Part shown: piece after piece, positions 37,822 to 48,590 of the stretch
Layout of the letters: every line of letters starts with the position of its first letter
How positions within the stretch are numbered: the first letter of the stretch is position 1
Origin: Macrostomum lignano
Taxonomy: Eukaryota
Direction: 5' to 3'
NCBI GenBank assembly: GCA_002269645.1
Contig: NIVC01001643.1
Coordinates: forward strand, 1 to 64,000
DNA: 64,000 nucleotides
Program-made: the position numbers and the translations under genes
The notes under the pieces: model-generated
What the model was told of the DNA's origin: nothing
What the model saw: the letters and a program-made list of their open reading frames with translations, nothing else
The model's database searches: none

Positions 37822-38695
37822 TCAGATAAACATGCAGGGCTCCGGGAGGTCGCGATAGTAGGGCCAGCCGACTTGAGCGAAAAACCATCGGTACTCTTCG
37901 TCGAGGACCGTCAGCGCTGGCGGCGGGTTGGCTCTTATAGCTCGCTGGAGGCGATAGGCGACGTCCTGGAGAACAGCGACAGCTTCCTGGTAACTGAATT
38001 GATCCCTCAGAAACTTCAGGTGTGTCCAAATTTGCGAGCATTGGGGGTAGCGCTGTCGGCTGTCGGATCGGTGGTACGCTACTTTCAGTGCGTATTGCTC
38101 AATGTGGAAGCGTAGCTTTTCCACCTCTGCTCCGAGAGTCTCCACAAGTTCTCGGACGATGCGATGAAAATCTCTGCGAATTCGATTGCTGCTGGCTCGG
38201 CTGTAGTGCTGATGGCTGGCTAGACTGCTGCGCTGATTGCAGGCTCGGCTGCAGCGCTGACTGCTGCGCTGATTGCAGGCTCGGCTGCGGCGCTGGCTGC
38301 TGAGCTGGCGGTGTCGCAGCTGTCGATTTCTTCTGCCGTGGTGCCGGGGTCTTCCTCGATGGTGGGGCAGCTGGCGGTGACACCAACTGCTGTGTTCGGC
38401 TTGATGTCGACGATCCTGGCGTGGCCTTGACAACATAGGAGCGCACAGGCGCAGCTGCCTGTGCTGCCACCAGGGCGGCGCGCTTCTGTTCGGGGCCTTC
38501 GACCCTCATTTGGCGGCAAGGCGATGAAGCTGGCGATGATGTTCTTGGCCGTTTGCTGGATACACCAGGCGCCTTTGGACGTGTTGCACATCGAAGCGGT
38601 GCCTCATTTTCGTCGGTGTTGGGCGCTGGCTGAGGCTCCATATCGTCTGACAGGTCACCGATCAACTCTTGCAGAATGTCGACTGAGTTATCCAT
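37822..38695 (-). CDS. Extra ORF region of the LTR element: overlapping ORFs 38099..38695 (198 aa, P/Q/A/S-rich) and 37822..38436 (C-terminal predicted helical domain); function unknown
   Basis: ATG at 38695 lies downstream of TATAAATA and a GC box. The N-terminus MDNSVDILQELIGDLSDD is acidic. The globular-looking segment RIRRDFHRIVRELVETLG...EEYRWFFAQVGWPYYRDLPEPCMFI is in the +1 frame. No recognisable RT, IN or env motif. Confidence 0.55.
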
Positions 38696-38776
38696 ATGGT
38701 TCTCTTCGAATGACTCTTAGAATAGAAAGGAAGCTAGCAGTGAGCTATGGGATCTGTGGGGCCTGCAGGGTGCTCG

Positions 38777-38845
38777 TATTTATAGGCTGGCGGGCCGAAA
38801 AACTGGACCTCTTCGAAGCACTCCCCTCGCGCGTGGGGCGGGGCA
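38777..38845 (-). promoter_or_regulatory. Putative internal Pol II promoter (GC box plus TATA) for the extra ORF
   Basis: The minus strand reads ...CCCCGCCCC...CCTATAAATAC... with TATAAATA at 38784-38777, ~82-89 nt before ATG 38695. An AATAAA (38914-38909) lies just upstream. Confidence 0.5.
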
Positions 38846-39093
38846 TGCCAGATTTGACAGATTTGACAACTAAATTTTTATGGATTTTCTATTTCTTTTT
38901 ATAACTTTTTTATTTTTTGATAGATTTTCTTGAGTAAAGTATCAAATTAAAGATCGCATTTTGTAGATTAATATGGTATTTACAGATTCGCTCTATGTAC
39001 AGCATGTCAAATTTTATAAGCAGATAAGTAATTCTAATACGGAATTTTAACTATTTAACACTGTTTCTTATGGGAAATTGCTTACGTCATGAT

Positions 39094-39573
39094 TTAAGGT
39101 GCTAAATATTTCGCGTAGCGCCTTCGGGGCACAAATCCTGTCGCGCCTTCTCTTTCTCTCCTTCGCTGAGTCATCCTAAAGTTATACCTATTCTCTGGCT
39201 GAACTCGTTCCTCCTCTAACTCTAATGCTCCTTCTTCTTCTTCTGATGGCTCATCTGAGTCAGTCGCTCTCTCTGTATTTTCACTGTTCAATTCTTCATT
39301 TCCTTTGTTTTCACTCTGCGAATTCGGATCTGCGAATACTCTCCATTGAATTCTGTTTTCTTCGTCTGAGCTTTCCTCCTCTAAAATTTGAACTTCTGGA
39401 ATTCTAATTTCTTTTTGTCTATGGCAAATTCTTTTCTTCGGCTTCGGCTGTTCTTTCTTCTTAGTTGGCACTGGTGCTGGTTTTAAATTATTATTAATTT
39501 CCTCTGGTAAATCAATTTCGGATTTCGGCACTGGAGTCAGATTATTTCTGTTTTTCTTCGAACAATTTTGCAA
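39094..39573 (-). CDS. Acidic/basic low-complexity ORF, probable remnant of the pol (integrase) C-terminal tail
   Basis: Ends ...RYNFRMTQRRREREGATGFVPRRRYAKYLAP*, resembling the 'RYNLR' tails of gypsy integrases. No catalytic domain is present. Confidence 0.4.
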   Translation of the reverse strand: MQNCSKKNRNNLTPVPKSEIDLPEEINNNLKPAPVPTKKKEQPKPKKRICHRQKEIRIPEVQILEEESSDEENRIQWRVFADPNSQSENKGNEELNSENTERATDSDEPSEEEEGALELEEERVQPENRYNFRMTQRRREREGATGFVPRRRYAKYLAP

Positions 39574-40122
39574 ATTCTCACAGCTTCTCTTCGAAATCTC
39601 ATCTTCATTTCATCTCATCTCAACTCAACAACTTCTCGACTCAATATCTCAACTCGACCCTGACCTCTCGAAAGCTTCTCTGCTGAACTCATGCCAGCTA
39701 CAGCTCTACTGTCACGGGTCCTACAACTCTTAACAAATTCTCAAATCTCGAATCTCCTTCCGCTATCTCAGTTTGGCCTCGTCAGTAGAATCATAGAAAT
39801 TCTGTATTAATCTGCTCTTTAGGCCTTACTGCCCTTCCTTTCCTGCATGGCCTGACTCTCTGAACCTTTTTTGGCTCTTCTGAAAGCGTCATCGGCCTCT
39901 TCTTTCTGCCTTTGGCCAATCCGCAATTGGTCAGCATGCGTAGCTGTCCGCGCGTCATGCCAATCTCTGCAATCCAATCTTTTCGACAATTCTCTTCGCA
40001 CAATTCTGCACAGTTCTCTCAGCATCAACTTCTCGTCAACTTCTCTGAGTAAAATAATCTTCCTTCAATGTTTTCAGTCCGAAATTGCAGTTCCCTGGCT
40101 TTCCTAAATAAGTTTCTTAGTA

Positions 40123-40164
40123 AAACGGCCCTTTTAAGGTCAAACGGCCCTTTTAAGGGTCACC
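40123..40164 (+). terminator. Histone-mRNA-type 3' stem-loop, tandemly duplicated, antisense to the LTR element
   Basis: AAAC-GGCCCT-TTTA-AGGGTC-ACC at 40142-40164 fits GGYYYU-UUUH-ARRRCC with flanks, except one C>T giving a G-U pair. A second copy lacking one G lies at 40123-40141. Confidence 0.55.
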
Positions 40165-40371
40165 TTCCTAAAATTTAATTATTTTATTTCTTTTAGACAG
40201 CTTATTGCCTTGCAACATGCCAACAAAATACCTCTTAATCAAATGTTTTTGGGTTTTTCTGAATTTTTTATTCGTTTTTATATTTATGCATATATATTTG
40301 AAACATATTTACAGATTTGCTTTACAGACACTTTTAATTTGCTGATTCGCTTGAGTTCGCTCACTTTCTGA

Positions 40372-40950
40372 TTATGGCGGCTTCTGCTGGGCGTACCGAT
40401 TGAAGTTGATTCGGCACTGGTGTCCTGCTTGAGGCCTAATGGGTCCTGGCTGGTTGCAGAAGAAGCAGTGACCAGGTGTCGGCTCTGGCCTGATTCCACT
40501 GAATCTGTTCAGGCGGCGCGGTCTTGGCACTGACTGCTGCTGCTGCCCTGTCTTTGGTTCTAGGCTAATGTTCGTTAGCACGAAGGTCAAGGTCATTAGA
40601 CACTCTACTAATGCATCAATTCCCTCTTTTCGGTTCTGCTGCTTCGGCTCAAATTCTTCGATTATTCGTCGCCTAATTTCCTGATACTGACTCTGCTCTT
40701 TTCTGTGACTGATTCGGCGTTTCAGTCCCTCTGGGATGTTTAGATTAGCAAAGAGAGCTTCCTTCTGTTTCTCGCCTGTAATCCCTTGGATTCTGCACTG
40801 CTGCTCAAACGTGTTCATCCACTGCCTAATGTTCTGACCAGGTGTGAACTTTTCTACTTGCACTTCAGCCTCCTTCGATCCTAACTTGAGATGTTTCCTC
40901 AGTTCCTCTGCCAGCATGGCGATGGCATCATTAGCCTGATTCTGATTCAT
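40372..40950 (-). CDS. Gag-like protein of the LTR element (192 aa)
   Basis: First ORF after the PBS. VEKFTPGQNIRQWMNTFEQQC...LFANL and YQEIRRRIIEEF are capsid-like. CFFCNQPGP is a degenerate zinc knuckle (H>P). Confidence 0.75.
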   Translation of the reverse strand: MNQNQANDAIAMLAEELRKHLKLGSKEAEVQVEKFTPGQNIRQWMNTFEQQCRIQGITGEKQKEALFANLNIPEGLKRRISHRKEQSQYQEIRRRIIEEFEPKQQNRKEGIDALVECLMTLTFVLTNISLEPKTGQQQQSVPRPRRLNRFSGIRPEPTPGHCFFCNQPGPIRPQAGHQCRINFNRYAQQKPP

Positions 40951-41975
40951 CTTTTCTCTACGAAAAACTTTTCAAATTATTCTTCGGAATTCTTCTGAAT
41001 CTAGTTTTGAGAGTTCGCGCCGTTTCTCTAATCCCACCGCTGCCACCAGCTGTGACAGGCCTTTTGGCTCTGTCTTTCTAAACTTCTAACTATTAGTGTT
41101 TATTAAATATCCTACGAGCTGCCACCAAAGTTGTTACAGGCCTTTCACCTCTTACTTTATCAATTTTAATCCCACCGATTTGCCAACTACAGTTATCCTG
41201 ATTATACTTGCTTTTACTCCCTAACTATTTCTTAGAATTTCATTTAAATATTTCTGGGTAGCGTTCTTAGTAGCGTTTCTGGTAGCTTATGGCTTGCTTT
41301 CTGGTAGCGTTCTAGTAGCTTATGGCCTGAGCGGTCTAGTACTGGTATATGTATTAGTGTATAGTCCTAATCGGGCGTTCACCGAGACTAGAGGGTCACG
41401 GCGCCTCTCTTGGTATATCTCCAAGAATTAGTCCCAATTCCCTTCTCTTAGCAAATTTCTTAGAATCGTTTCACAGGTTTTGCAAATAAATAAGTCGCTA
41501 TTTAGCTCAAAGACTTTGAAATGGTTTAGATTGAACTGCTTATTCTGTTCGCAATTATTTGCTCACGAGTAAAAGACAGTTAGAGTATATTTGTCGCGAA
41601 ACCGCTCCTATATATAGTGATTTTCCCCACATACGATTAAAACAAAAAAATAATTCTCCAATTTATTTCGCGCATTAAAACAAACTATTATTTGGCGTTC
41701 GCGTAGATTCAGTTTCTAAGAAAGATTCGAATATACAGTTATTACATTGAAAGAACATTCGAGTATACTATGATAAAGGCATAGCACTAGTACAATTATT
41801 CCCAATCCCGATCCCGCCCGAAGATTTCAATCCCGTCTGACCTCTAGTACTTAGCCAATAATATAATATAAGAGTAAGCTTTGAGTTATTGACTATAGAC
41901 CTCAAATGATAGTTTAGCATTTAGTTGGTCGAATTAGGTAATATGAATCAGTTTAAATTAATGATTAGAATTAAA

Positions 41976-42716
41976 TTAGCATTCTTCTTCAAGCTTATGA
42001 AGAGCCTTCTTAGCACGCCGAGTAGATCCACTTGGAGTACTAGTATTAGCAGAACAGCCATTAGAAGTTTTCTTGTTAGAAATTCCTTGCTTTTTACTAG
42101 AATTTCTAGTTGTTCTAGTCAAATGCCTTTCCACTTCTGGCTCACTATCGTAACTGTAAGCAAAGTTGAGGTCTTCTTGGTGTTGACAATATAGGCCTAC
42201 TCCATTGGCTTGATTTAAATTGTTGCTCATAGGCTCAATTGGTGGCAAAATAGACTTAGATACATCACCAACACTGTAGCTTCTTTTCAGATGATCAGCA
42301 GTTCGCAAAACAGCATTGGCAGCATAGTTCATTCCATGTTGGCCAAACTGAAAGAGCATTTCACAACCCTTGTTAGAAGCTGCAGCAATATAGCGATCGA
42401 TTTCTTGCTCATGTTTCAGAAGATTGGGATGTATTATTTTCCTGTACAGATAGCTAGATCCGCGAGACATCGGCAAAACCATCCACAAGACAAAAAATAT
42501 TTTTGATTCGTTGTAAAGTGGCATCCATGAGAAAAATAAGTCGGTAACAACTTCACAAGCTGTGAAAACAGCAAATACAATCCAGTACATCATCCACTTA
42601 ACTTGGTCGTATCCATTTCGGCGATTCAGAGCCTTGTACGAATTGAAGGCAGGATACAAAACTCCAATTAAGATTATTAGACATCGGTACATTGTCGAAG
42701 TTAGAAAGAAAAACAT
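41976..42716 (-). CDS. REEP: REEP/DP1/Yop1 (TB2_DP1_HVA22) family ER-shaping protein, REEP1-4 type, intronless, ~246 aa
   Basis: GVLYPAFNSYKAL, KWMMYWIVFAVF, SWMPLYNESKIFFVLW and GSSYLYRKIIHPNLLKHEQEIDRYI are hallmark REEP motifs, followed by a C-terminal tail. Confidence 0.93.
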   Translation of the reverse strand: MFFFLTSTMYRCLIILIGVLYPAFNSYKALNRRNGYDQVKWMMYWIVFAVFTACEVVTDLFFSWMPLYNESKIFFVLWMVLPMSRGSSYLYRKIIHPNLLKHEQEIDRYIAAASNKGCEMLFQFGQHGMNYAANAVLRTADHLKRSYSVGDVSKSILPPIEPMSNNLNQANGVGLYCQHQEDLNFAYSYDSEPEVERHLTRTTRNSSKKQGISNKKTSNGCSANTSTPSGSTRRAKKALHKLEEEC

Positions 42717-43312
42717 GTTGAAAGCGAAGCCGTCAAAGTTAAATAGTCAAAATACTGCAGTAAACAGCCGTTACCAGTCGAAGTCAAAGACAATCGAAGT
42801 CTTTTTAAACCGCTACTAAATTGAACAGTACTTGCCTCCGTCCGTCTCTTAAAAGAAAATGCTGTTAGTGCTACAAACCAAACCGATTACTCATTTTCAT
42901 TTCATTATTTTCGAAGAAATCTGCATCGAGCAGGATTTTTAAAATAAGTTGCTAACTTAAACAAAACTCTTATAGTTCGCTAAGAAGTTAATCACGAATA
43001 AGTCTAAATCGTAGTGCATTTTTATTTAGTGCCTATTTATTTATTTCCTATTTAGGTGTATGCTGCAACCCATAAACGATATGAAGTCTATTAATTTCTA
43101 ATGCGATCTCCGATTGCTTCAATGCTATAGATGTACTACTCAGAATTATTTTTAAGAATGAAAATTTTAGAAAATTTTGTTGGATCAGACGTTCTCTTTT
43201 TGCTTAAGATCGAAAACATCAGCTTCCGCTTTCAGAATGATGCAGTACATGTACATGCACAACGGTTGTATTTTACGTCATGACGTGCATGTACAATGAA
43301 GATGTAACTTAC

Positions 43313-45060
43313 AAGGTGGTCATGTCCATGTGGGAAATAAAGGATTTCGGTTTCCAATGAGGTCTGCACGCCACGCATTTTCAGGCGGCAGATTTTTTCA
43401 CCAATAGATACTGCAAGAGCTAGTTTAAGACCTAGCTCTAAGTTCGTACATTTAACCGGTGTTCCCTTGTACGTGTACGCGATCGGAGCTATTAAATTTA
43501 GCGGATGGTCCTCCTCCGTGTAACTATACAGCCGTATAACCTGTGTTTCTGGCACCCATAGAAGCTAGGTAGTACACAGTACTATAATAGTTGGGGTTTA
43601 GCCAGAAAAAGTCTACTAACGAGAAATCTCATGAGCGCTCAGTCAGGGACACGTTCTGTCCTCACCACACAGATACGGTCTGATGTGATGGTCTGACCAC
43701 AGATACTATAATAACTGATGTCTGACCACAAATACTGTAGTAATAACTGATGTCTGACTAATGTGACCATAGATAATTTAATACATGTATATGATACCTA
43801 GATGATCGATATCCTAGGCGTTGAAGCACAGAGAGGTCCCTATAGCTGTGCCGCTGCTGCTATACGAGCTGATTTGTAAAGACAGCTGCTTGTCAGTGTG
43901 AGTCCATGACTAGGCTTGCTGCAAAAATCGTGGTTCTTACATGTGTGCATTATACATGTAATTAACGTAGTATTCAAACAGTAAAGTATAATTTCTCTCC
44001 CAGCTGTCTTGGAGACCAAAGCTACATGCATGAGCTATATAGTGTACCTACAGACAATTTTTGACGGGCAAAATAAAATACGCAGCAGAAAATTTCTTCC
44101 AGACCCTCGGGGCGTGGGTAATTAAATTTATATAAATCCCGTGCAAAAATACCTCCATCTAAATATATACCTGCATGCATGTCTGAATCAGGATGAGCTC
44201 TCAGTAGCGCAACCAGAAATTTGTTGTCAAATTGAAACCTGCACGTGAACATTTACCATGTACATGTAAGAAATGCACTGACAGGAACGTCGCTATAAAA
44301 GGATGAGGTTCAGGATGTCCACCAGCAGAAATATGATGCGCAATTAATAGTACGGAAAAAATAAAAAAATCCTTGTCTGAGACCGTTTGCTTCTAAGCCT
44401 GGTAATTATTTTGGAAAATGATTCATCATCGTGCTATTTTTCCTTTCTTAGCCTGGTGTCCAAAAATTTATTCTGCAGGTTTCTTAGTGGAACTAAAATA
44501 TAATGTTTTTGTTGTACAGTGCAGCACATGAAAACTAGTTGTCTTAATTTACATGCAGTTAATTTTGCCAAGTAATGTTAGAAAATATCAATAGCATCCG
44601 GATATGGACCAGCAATCGTGTGAGCTGGATAATGCTCAGGACTAGCCTCCTCACCAGGCTTACGTTCGTACACGTCGCTATCAACATCAGGCAACGATTC
44701 AAATCCGTCTTCTTCTCGTTGAAGTTCGTCGTCCTCAGTGCCATAATCGTCCGATTGTGACTTGTCAGCCTCATCAGCCTCATCAGCAGGGACTTCGAGT
44801 TCAATAGTGTCCTCAAAGTCTGGCAAAGAATCCGTGTCAGAATCATCTTGTCCAGATCCGACACCAATCTCGTCATCAGAAGGGTCCTCCTCACGTCCTA
44901 CTAGTACATCAGAAGGTTCGTCCTCACGTCCTTTTAGTAGAACAGAATCCTCCAAGCTTGTATCACCGAACTGATCTTGAGTCTCTCTGTAGGCTGTAGC
45001 AGTATCGTCAAAAAGCCGCGTACCGATCAGGAGTACCAGCAGTACCGTGGTAGTCTTCAT
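43313..45060 (-). CDS. Putative secreted protein: signal peptide plus very acidic region (44578..45060), possibly spliced to downstream exons 44283..44292, 44052..44238 and 43313..43564 encoding an unknown globular domain
   Basis: MKTTTVLLVLLIG is signal-peptide-like and followed by a D/E-rich stretch. A GTGAGG donor at 44654, a 10-nt AG/GT-bounded microexon and two further GT-AG exons chain in frame. The unspliced 160-aa ORF is the alternative. Confidence 0.5.
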
Positions 45061-45561
45061 CTCAAGCCAAATTAGTTGCGGGTATTACAAAGTCGATGAG
45101 ATATCGATCGAGTGACTACACACTCACTGCATGAATTTATGCTTAATATATACAAGTAAAGTAGGGTTTTATGATTACAGCCTGAAGTAGGTTTTCCGTA
45201 TTGATAAGAGCCATGGTTATAGAGCGAAAAGATCACGCGCGCCTGAGATTGCAAACCAGACCAAGCTGGAGTTGAAATTAGCCGGATTAAACTAGCTTCC
45301 AACCCTGAAACTACTCTAGAAACTTGTTTTCCATATCGTATCTTTGGCTCTACTCGAGAGTCAGAATTTCAAATCATTACTTCACAAAAATATCGTAAGC
45401 TTGTCAAGTGTGCATTGTATTTTAGTTTAGGAAAGTTTTCGTAGTATCGTATTTAAGTAATTGATGAGCTGTACTAAATTTTAAAACAAGGCAAGATTTT
45501 TAGTACATGCACTACGGATGTACTCAAGAAGCAGTTCGAGCTTCGATTTAGACAGGAAGCA

Positions 45562-47567
45562 TCACCACAGTGACCACTGCAGCAGCCAGTCAAGTCTGTC
45601 TGGCTTTAAATCCCGGTTAGACTTCTCCAGCTTAACCGTGACGCTGATTAGTTCGCTAGTGTCCAAGCCGGAGTTGCTTAGCGAAAACAGCGAATGGAAA
45701 CTTTTTCGTCGCTTGTCGTAGTAACCGGCATCGCCGCTAGCTACTTCCGGTTGCTGGGGCGTGGCCGATGCAGATCCGTGCTCAGCTGCTTCTTCTTCAA
45801 CAACCTTAAGTCTCGGAGGTTCTGCTTCTGAAAGCTCTTGAGCGGTCGTCTCTTCTGTCAAAGAGGGCGTCTTCGGCGGCGGAGGTTTAACTTGGCTTCC
45901 GCCGACCACAAAGAGCTTGTTACCAATTAGCGACACGGCCGCATAAGCTCGACTGCACTGTTCGATATTTCTTCGAGTCCAGCACAGTTTGAGAGAGTCG
46001 GATATGTCATCAACAGTGCCCTGTTCCATCGCTTTGTCGAGCTCATCGAACAACGCTTTCATGTCTTCGATGCTGAAATAGTACAATCCAGGCAAGCGAC
46101 TCTTTTGCGAAACTGCTGGATCATCGTCCTTGCCGGTCAGAGGCGAGCCGCCGACCAAGTAGACCCGATTGAAAGCGGAATCGAACACCAGCTGGTGGCC
46201 GCGAACTCCCAGACTGGTTGGGACTCCGACGCCTGATGGTAGCGCCTGCCATAGATACTCGTAGTCCAGGTAAGGATTCGTCGATTTCAGAAAACCAAAT
46301 CGCCATATGTGATTGAAACAACGAAATGAACCGTTTGGACTGCGGGCAACGCCACCAACTAATATCACCGTGGAGAGCTGCTCCAGGCAGATGCACGCAA
46401 ACTCTGCGCAAGGAGCTGGCAGAGGATTCTCTTGGTACCAATTGTTCGTGATCGGCTCGAACGACTCCATGAGCTCTGTGAGGGCGCCGTTGGTAGTCCG
46501 GCCGCCAGGACAGTAGATTTTGCCGTCGTAAGCGAATGCTGAAAAATCTGCTCTGGGAGTCTTCATCTTGTTGCAGTAGTACCAGGTGCCCGTGCTTAGC
46601 TGTGGGTTTATTCACGTAAAGTGCGCAAGAAGCCGATGAGAAAAGGCGAGGAAGGATTCGATGACAAGACGAAACTAGACGAGATAGACGAGAGGAGACG
46701 AGAGGAGACGAGAAACAAGACGAGACGAGACGAGACGAGACGAGACGAGACGAGACGAGACGAGACGAGACGAGACGAGACGAGACGAGACGAGACGGAT
46801 AAGATGAGACGAGACGGACAAGACAAGACGAGACGGACGAGATAGGATCAGACAAGACGAGACGGACGAGATAGGATGAGACAAGACGAGACGGACGAGA
46901 TAGGATCAGACAAGACGAGACGGACGAGATAGGATGAGACAAGACGAGACGGACGAGATAGGATCAGACAAGACGAGACGAGACGGACTAGATGAGACGA
47001 AACGAGACGAGACGGACGAGATGAGACGAGACGAGACGAGAGACGTTTAAATAAACAAACGAGATGGACGAGATGGACAAGATGAGACGAGACGAGACGA
47101 GACAAGACGAGACGGACAAGTTGAGATAAGACGAGACGAATCGAGAGACAAGACACGACGAGACGGAAGAGACGAGAGAGACGAGACGAGACGGGAAGAG
47201 ATATGACAAATTAGATAGTGCGATACAGAACATATCACGAGATAAAACGATAGTGGTAAGTAGCGATAAGAAATTAGAAAAGTAGAAATTGAAGTATGAA
47301 GCACAAATCGCGATTAAAATTTTTGAGAAGACTAACCTCATACCGCAACACTTGTCTACTGTATTTCTTCTTAGCAGGTCGGTAGCCTCCGAGAAAGTAA
47401 AGGTGATCGCGAAGTCGAACCACACTGTAGCGACAGATCCCGTCAAGTCTACGCCAGTCCAACAGCGACACCTTTGGCATCACCAGGCGGCGCTCGGGAT
47501 GGTAAACTAAAAACGCCGCGCACTGCTTCGTCGACTGTCGAGGAAAGAGAAGTATCAGGTCCGCCAT
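45562..47567 (-). CDS. Kelch-repeat protein without BTB domain; exons 47337..47567 and 45562..46599; 422 aa
   Basis: Kelch blades LYFLGGY...VLRYE|LSTGTWYYCNKMKTPRADF, IYCPGG...ESFEPITNNW, VILVGG, VYLVGG and LFVVGG. Phase-0 intron GTTAGT...CCCACAG. Confidence 0.88.
46660..47195. repeat. (GAGAC)n-type microsatellite filling the kelch intron
   Basis: Pentanucleotide repeat with GACAA/GGATA variants. Confidence 0.95.
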
Positions 47568-48296
47568 AGTGCTAAGGTGGGAGTCCTAACCGCCCTGGGG
47601 ACAGATCCCAGTACATAAACAGCTTTCTCTTATACTCTCTGCTCTCTGTTGACGTCTATCCGCAGCTTTTTTAGCGGGGTGGGTGTTTGGCGCCTGCATT
47701 CAAACACAACGGGGCCAGGTAGGGACTATACTAGACTAGAAGAGAGCAAAGAAGAAGAGATGGGGGGGTTGGCAGGAAAAAAAATTGAGCGCTCTCTCTG
47801 CGTCTATACCGTTTCTAGTCCGTTGTCATGAACGCTTTTGAAGTATAATGGGTACAATAGTGGGCTACTGGGCTACTGCTCAAGACCTAACAGAGAGACA
47901 GAGATTGGTGTGCAATTTCGTAGCTTTAACTGTGCGAAGAAGCCCCGTAGATTGGTGGACATTAATAGTGCATTTATATCTCCTTTTAAAGCGTTAATTT
48001 TCATTCGAACTATTTTTCATCGTATTGGACTTGCTTTTTATTCATTCATTTCTATTCGGTGTCGCAAGTCAAATAGTAACATCTCTGGGAGGTCTTTTCT
48101 TGAGATTTACGCTCGTAGCATGCCTTCTTTACATGTACAGTTCCGTCAATTCTGTACTGCTCAAACATAGACAACTTATCTGTTCGGTTACAGACAATCC
48201 GTATGTCCATGAACTTGTCTAACAATAAATCTGTCTACCTACCCATCGGTCTGTCTTAGAATGTGTCTATTTTATACCCATCTCTCACATTAATCT

Positions 48297-48590
48297 GAGA
48301 TTACACCTGCCTCAATTAGGCCAGATGTGCAATCGACAGCTCAGCTGCAGCTATTGCGCGGCGCATCTGAAGGCTGCGTACGGCTGTTCAGTCCAAGGAC
48401 TGGGGGGGGGGGTCGCCACACACACCCTACCCCAGCTAATGCTGGCACCCATTTTACAGCTGGGTGAACTGAAGCAATGCAGAGTTAATTAAGTGTCTTG
48501 CTCACGGACACAAATTGTTCCGAGTGGATCGGGAATGGAACCACGACATTCAAGTCGTGAGACTGACGCTCTAACCACCGCTACAACCCC
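48297..48590 (-). mobile_element. Full-length tRNA-derived CORE-type SINE
   Basis: The reverse complement shows a tRNA-like head (GGTGGTTAGAGCGTCAGTCTCACGAC...GGTTCCATTCC), the CORE-like GTGTCCGTGAGCAAGACACTTAA...CTTCAGTTCACCCAGCTGTAAAATGGG, and the shared tail. Confidence 0.85.

Larger units (their letters stand above)
36796..41794 (-). mobile_element. Young non-autonomous Ty3/gypsy-like LTR retrotransposon (gag present, no intact pol, extra ORF)
   Basis: LTRs 36796-37535 and 41051-41794 are TG...CA bounded; the only difference noticed is a 4-bp TATA indel. 4-bp TSD ATTA. PBS TGGTGGCAGCGGTGGGATT (complementary to tRNA-Leu 3' end) at ~41030-41048. PPT AGAGGAGGAAAGT at 37536-37548. Confidence 0.93.
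36446..41846. mobile_element. hAT-type MITE (~400 bp) interrupted by an LTR retrotransposon
   Basis: TIRs TAGAGGTTGGACGGGA (36446) and TCCCGTCTGACCTCTA (ending 41846); 8-bp TSD GTACTTGG/GTACTTAG (one mismatch); subterminal ATCCCG repeats on both sides. Confidence 0.8.

Noticed and set aside
37536-38695. env gene in the LTR element
   Set aside because: No signal peptide, furin site, fusion peptide or transmembrane anchor in any frame.
39871-40107. Histone gene upstream of the stem-loop
   Set aside because: The plus-strand ORF has no ATG and no histone-fold or tail similarity in any frame.
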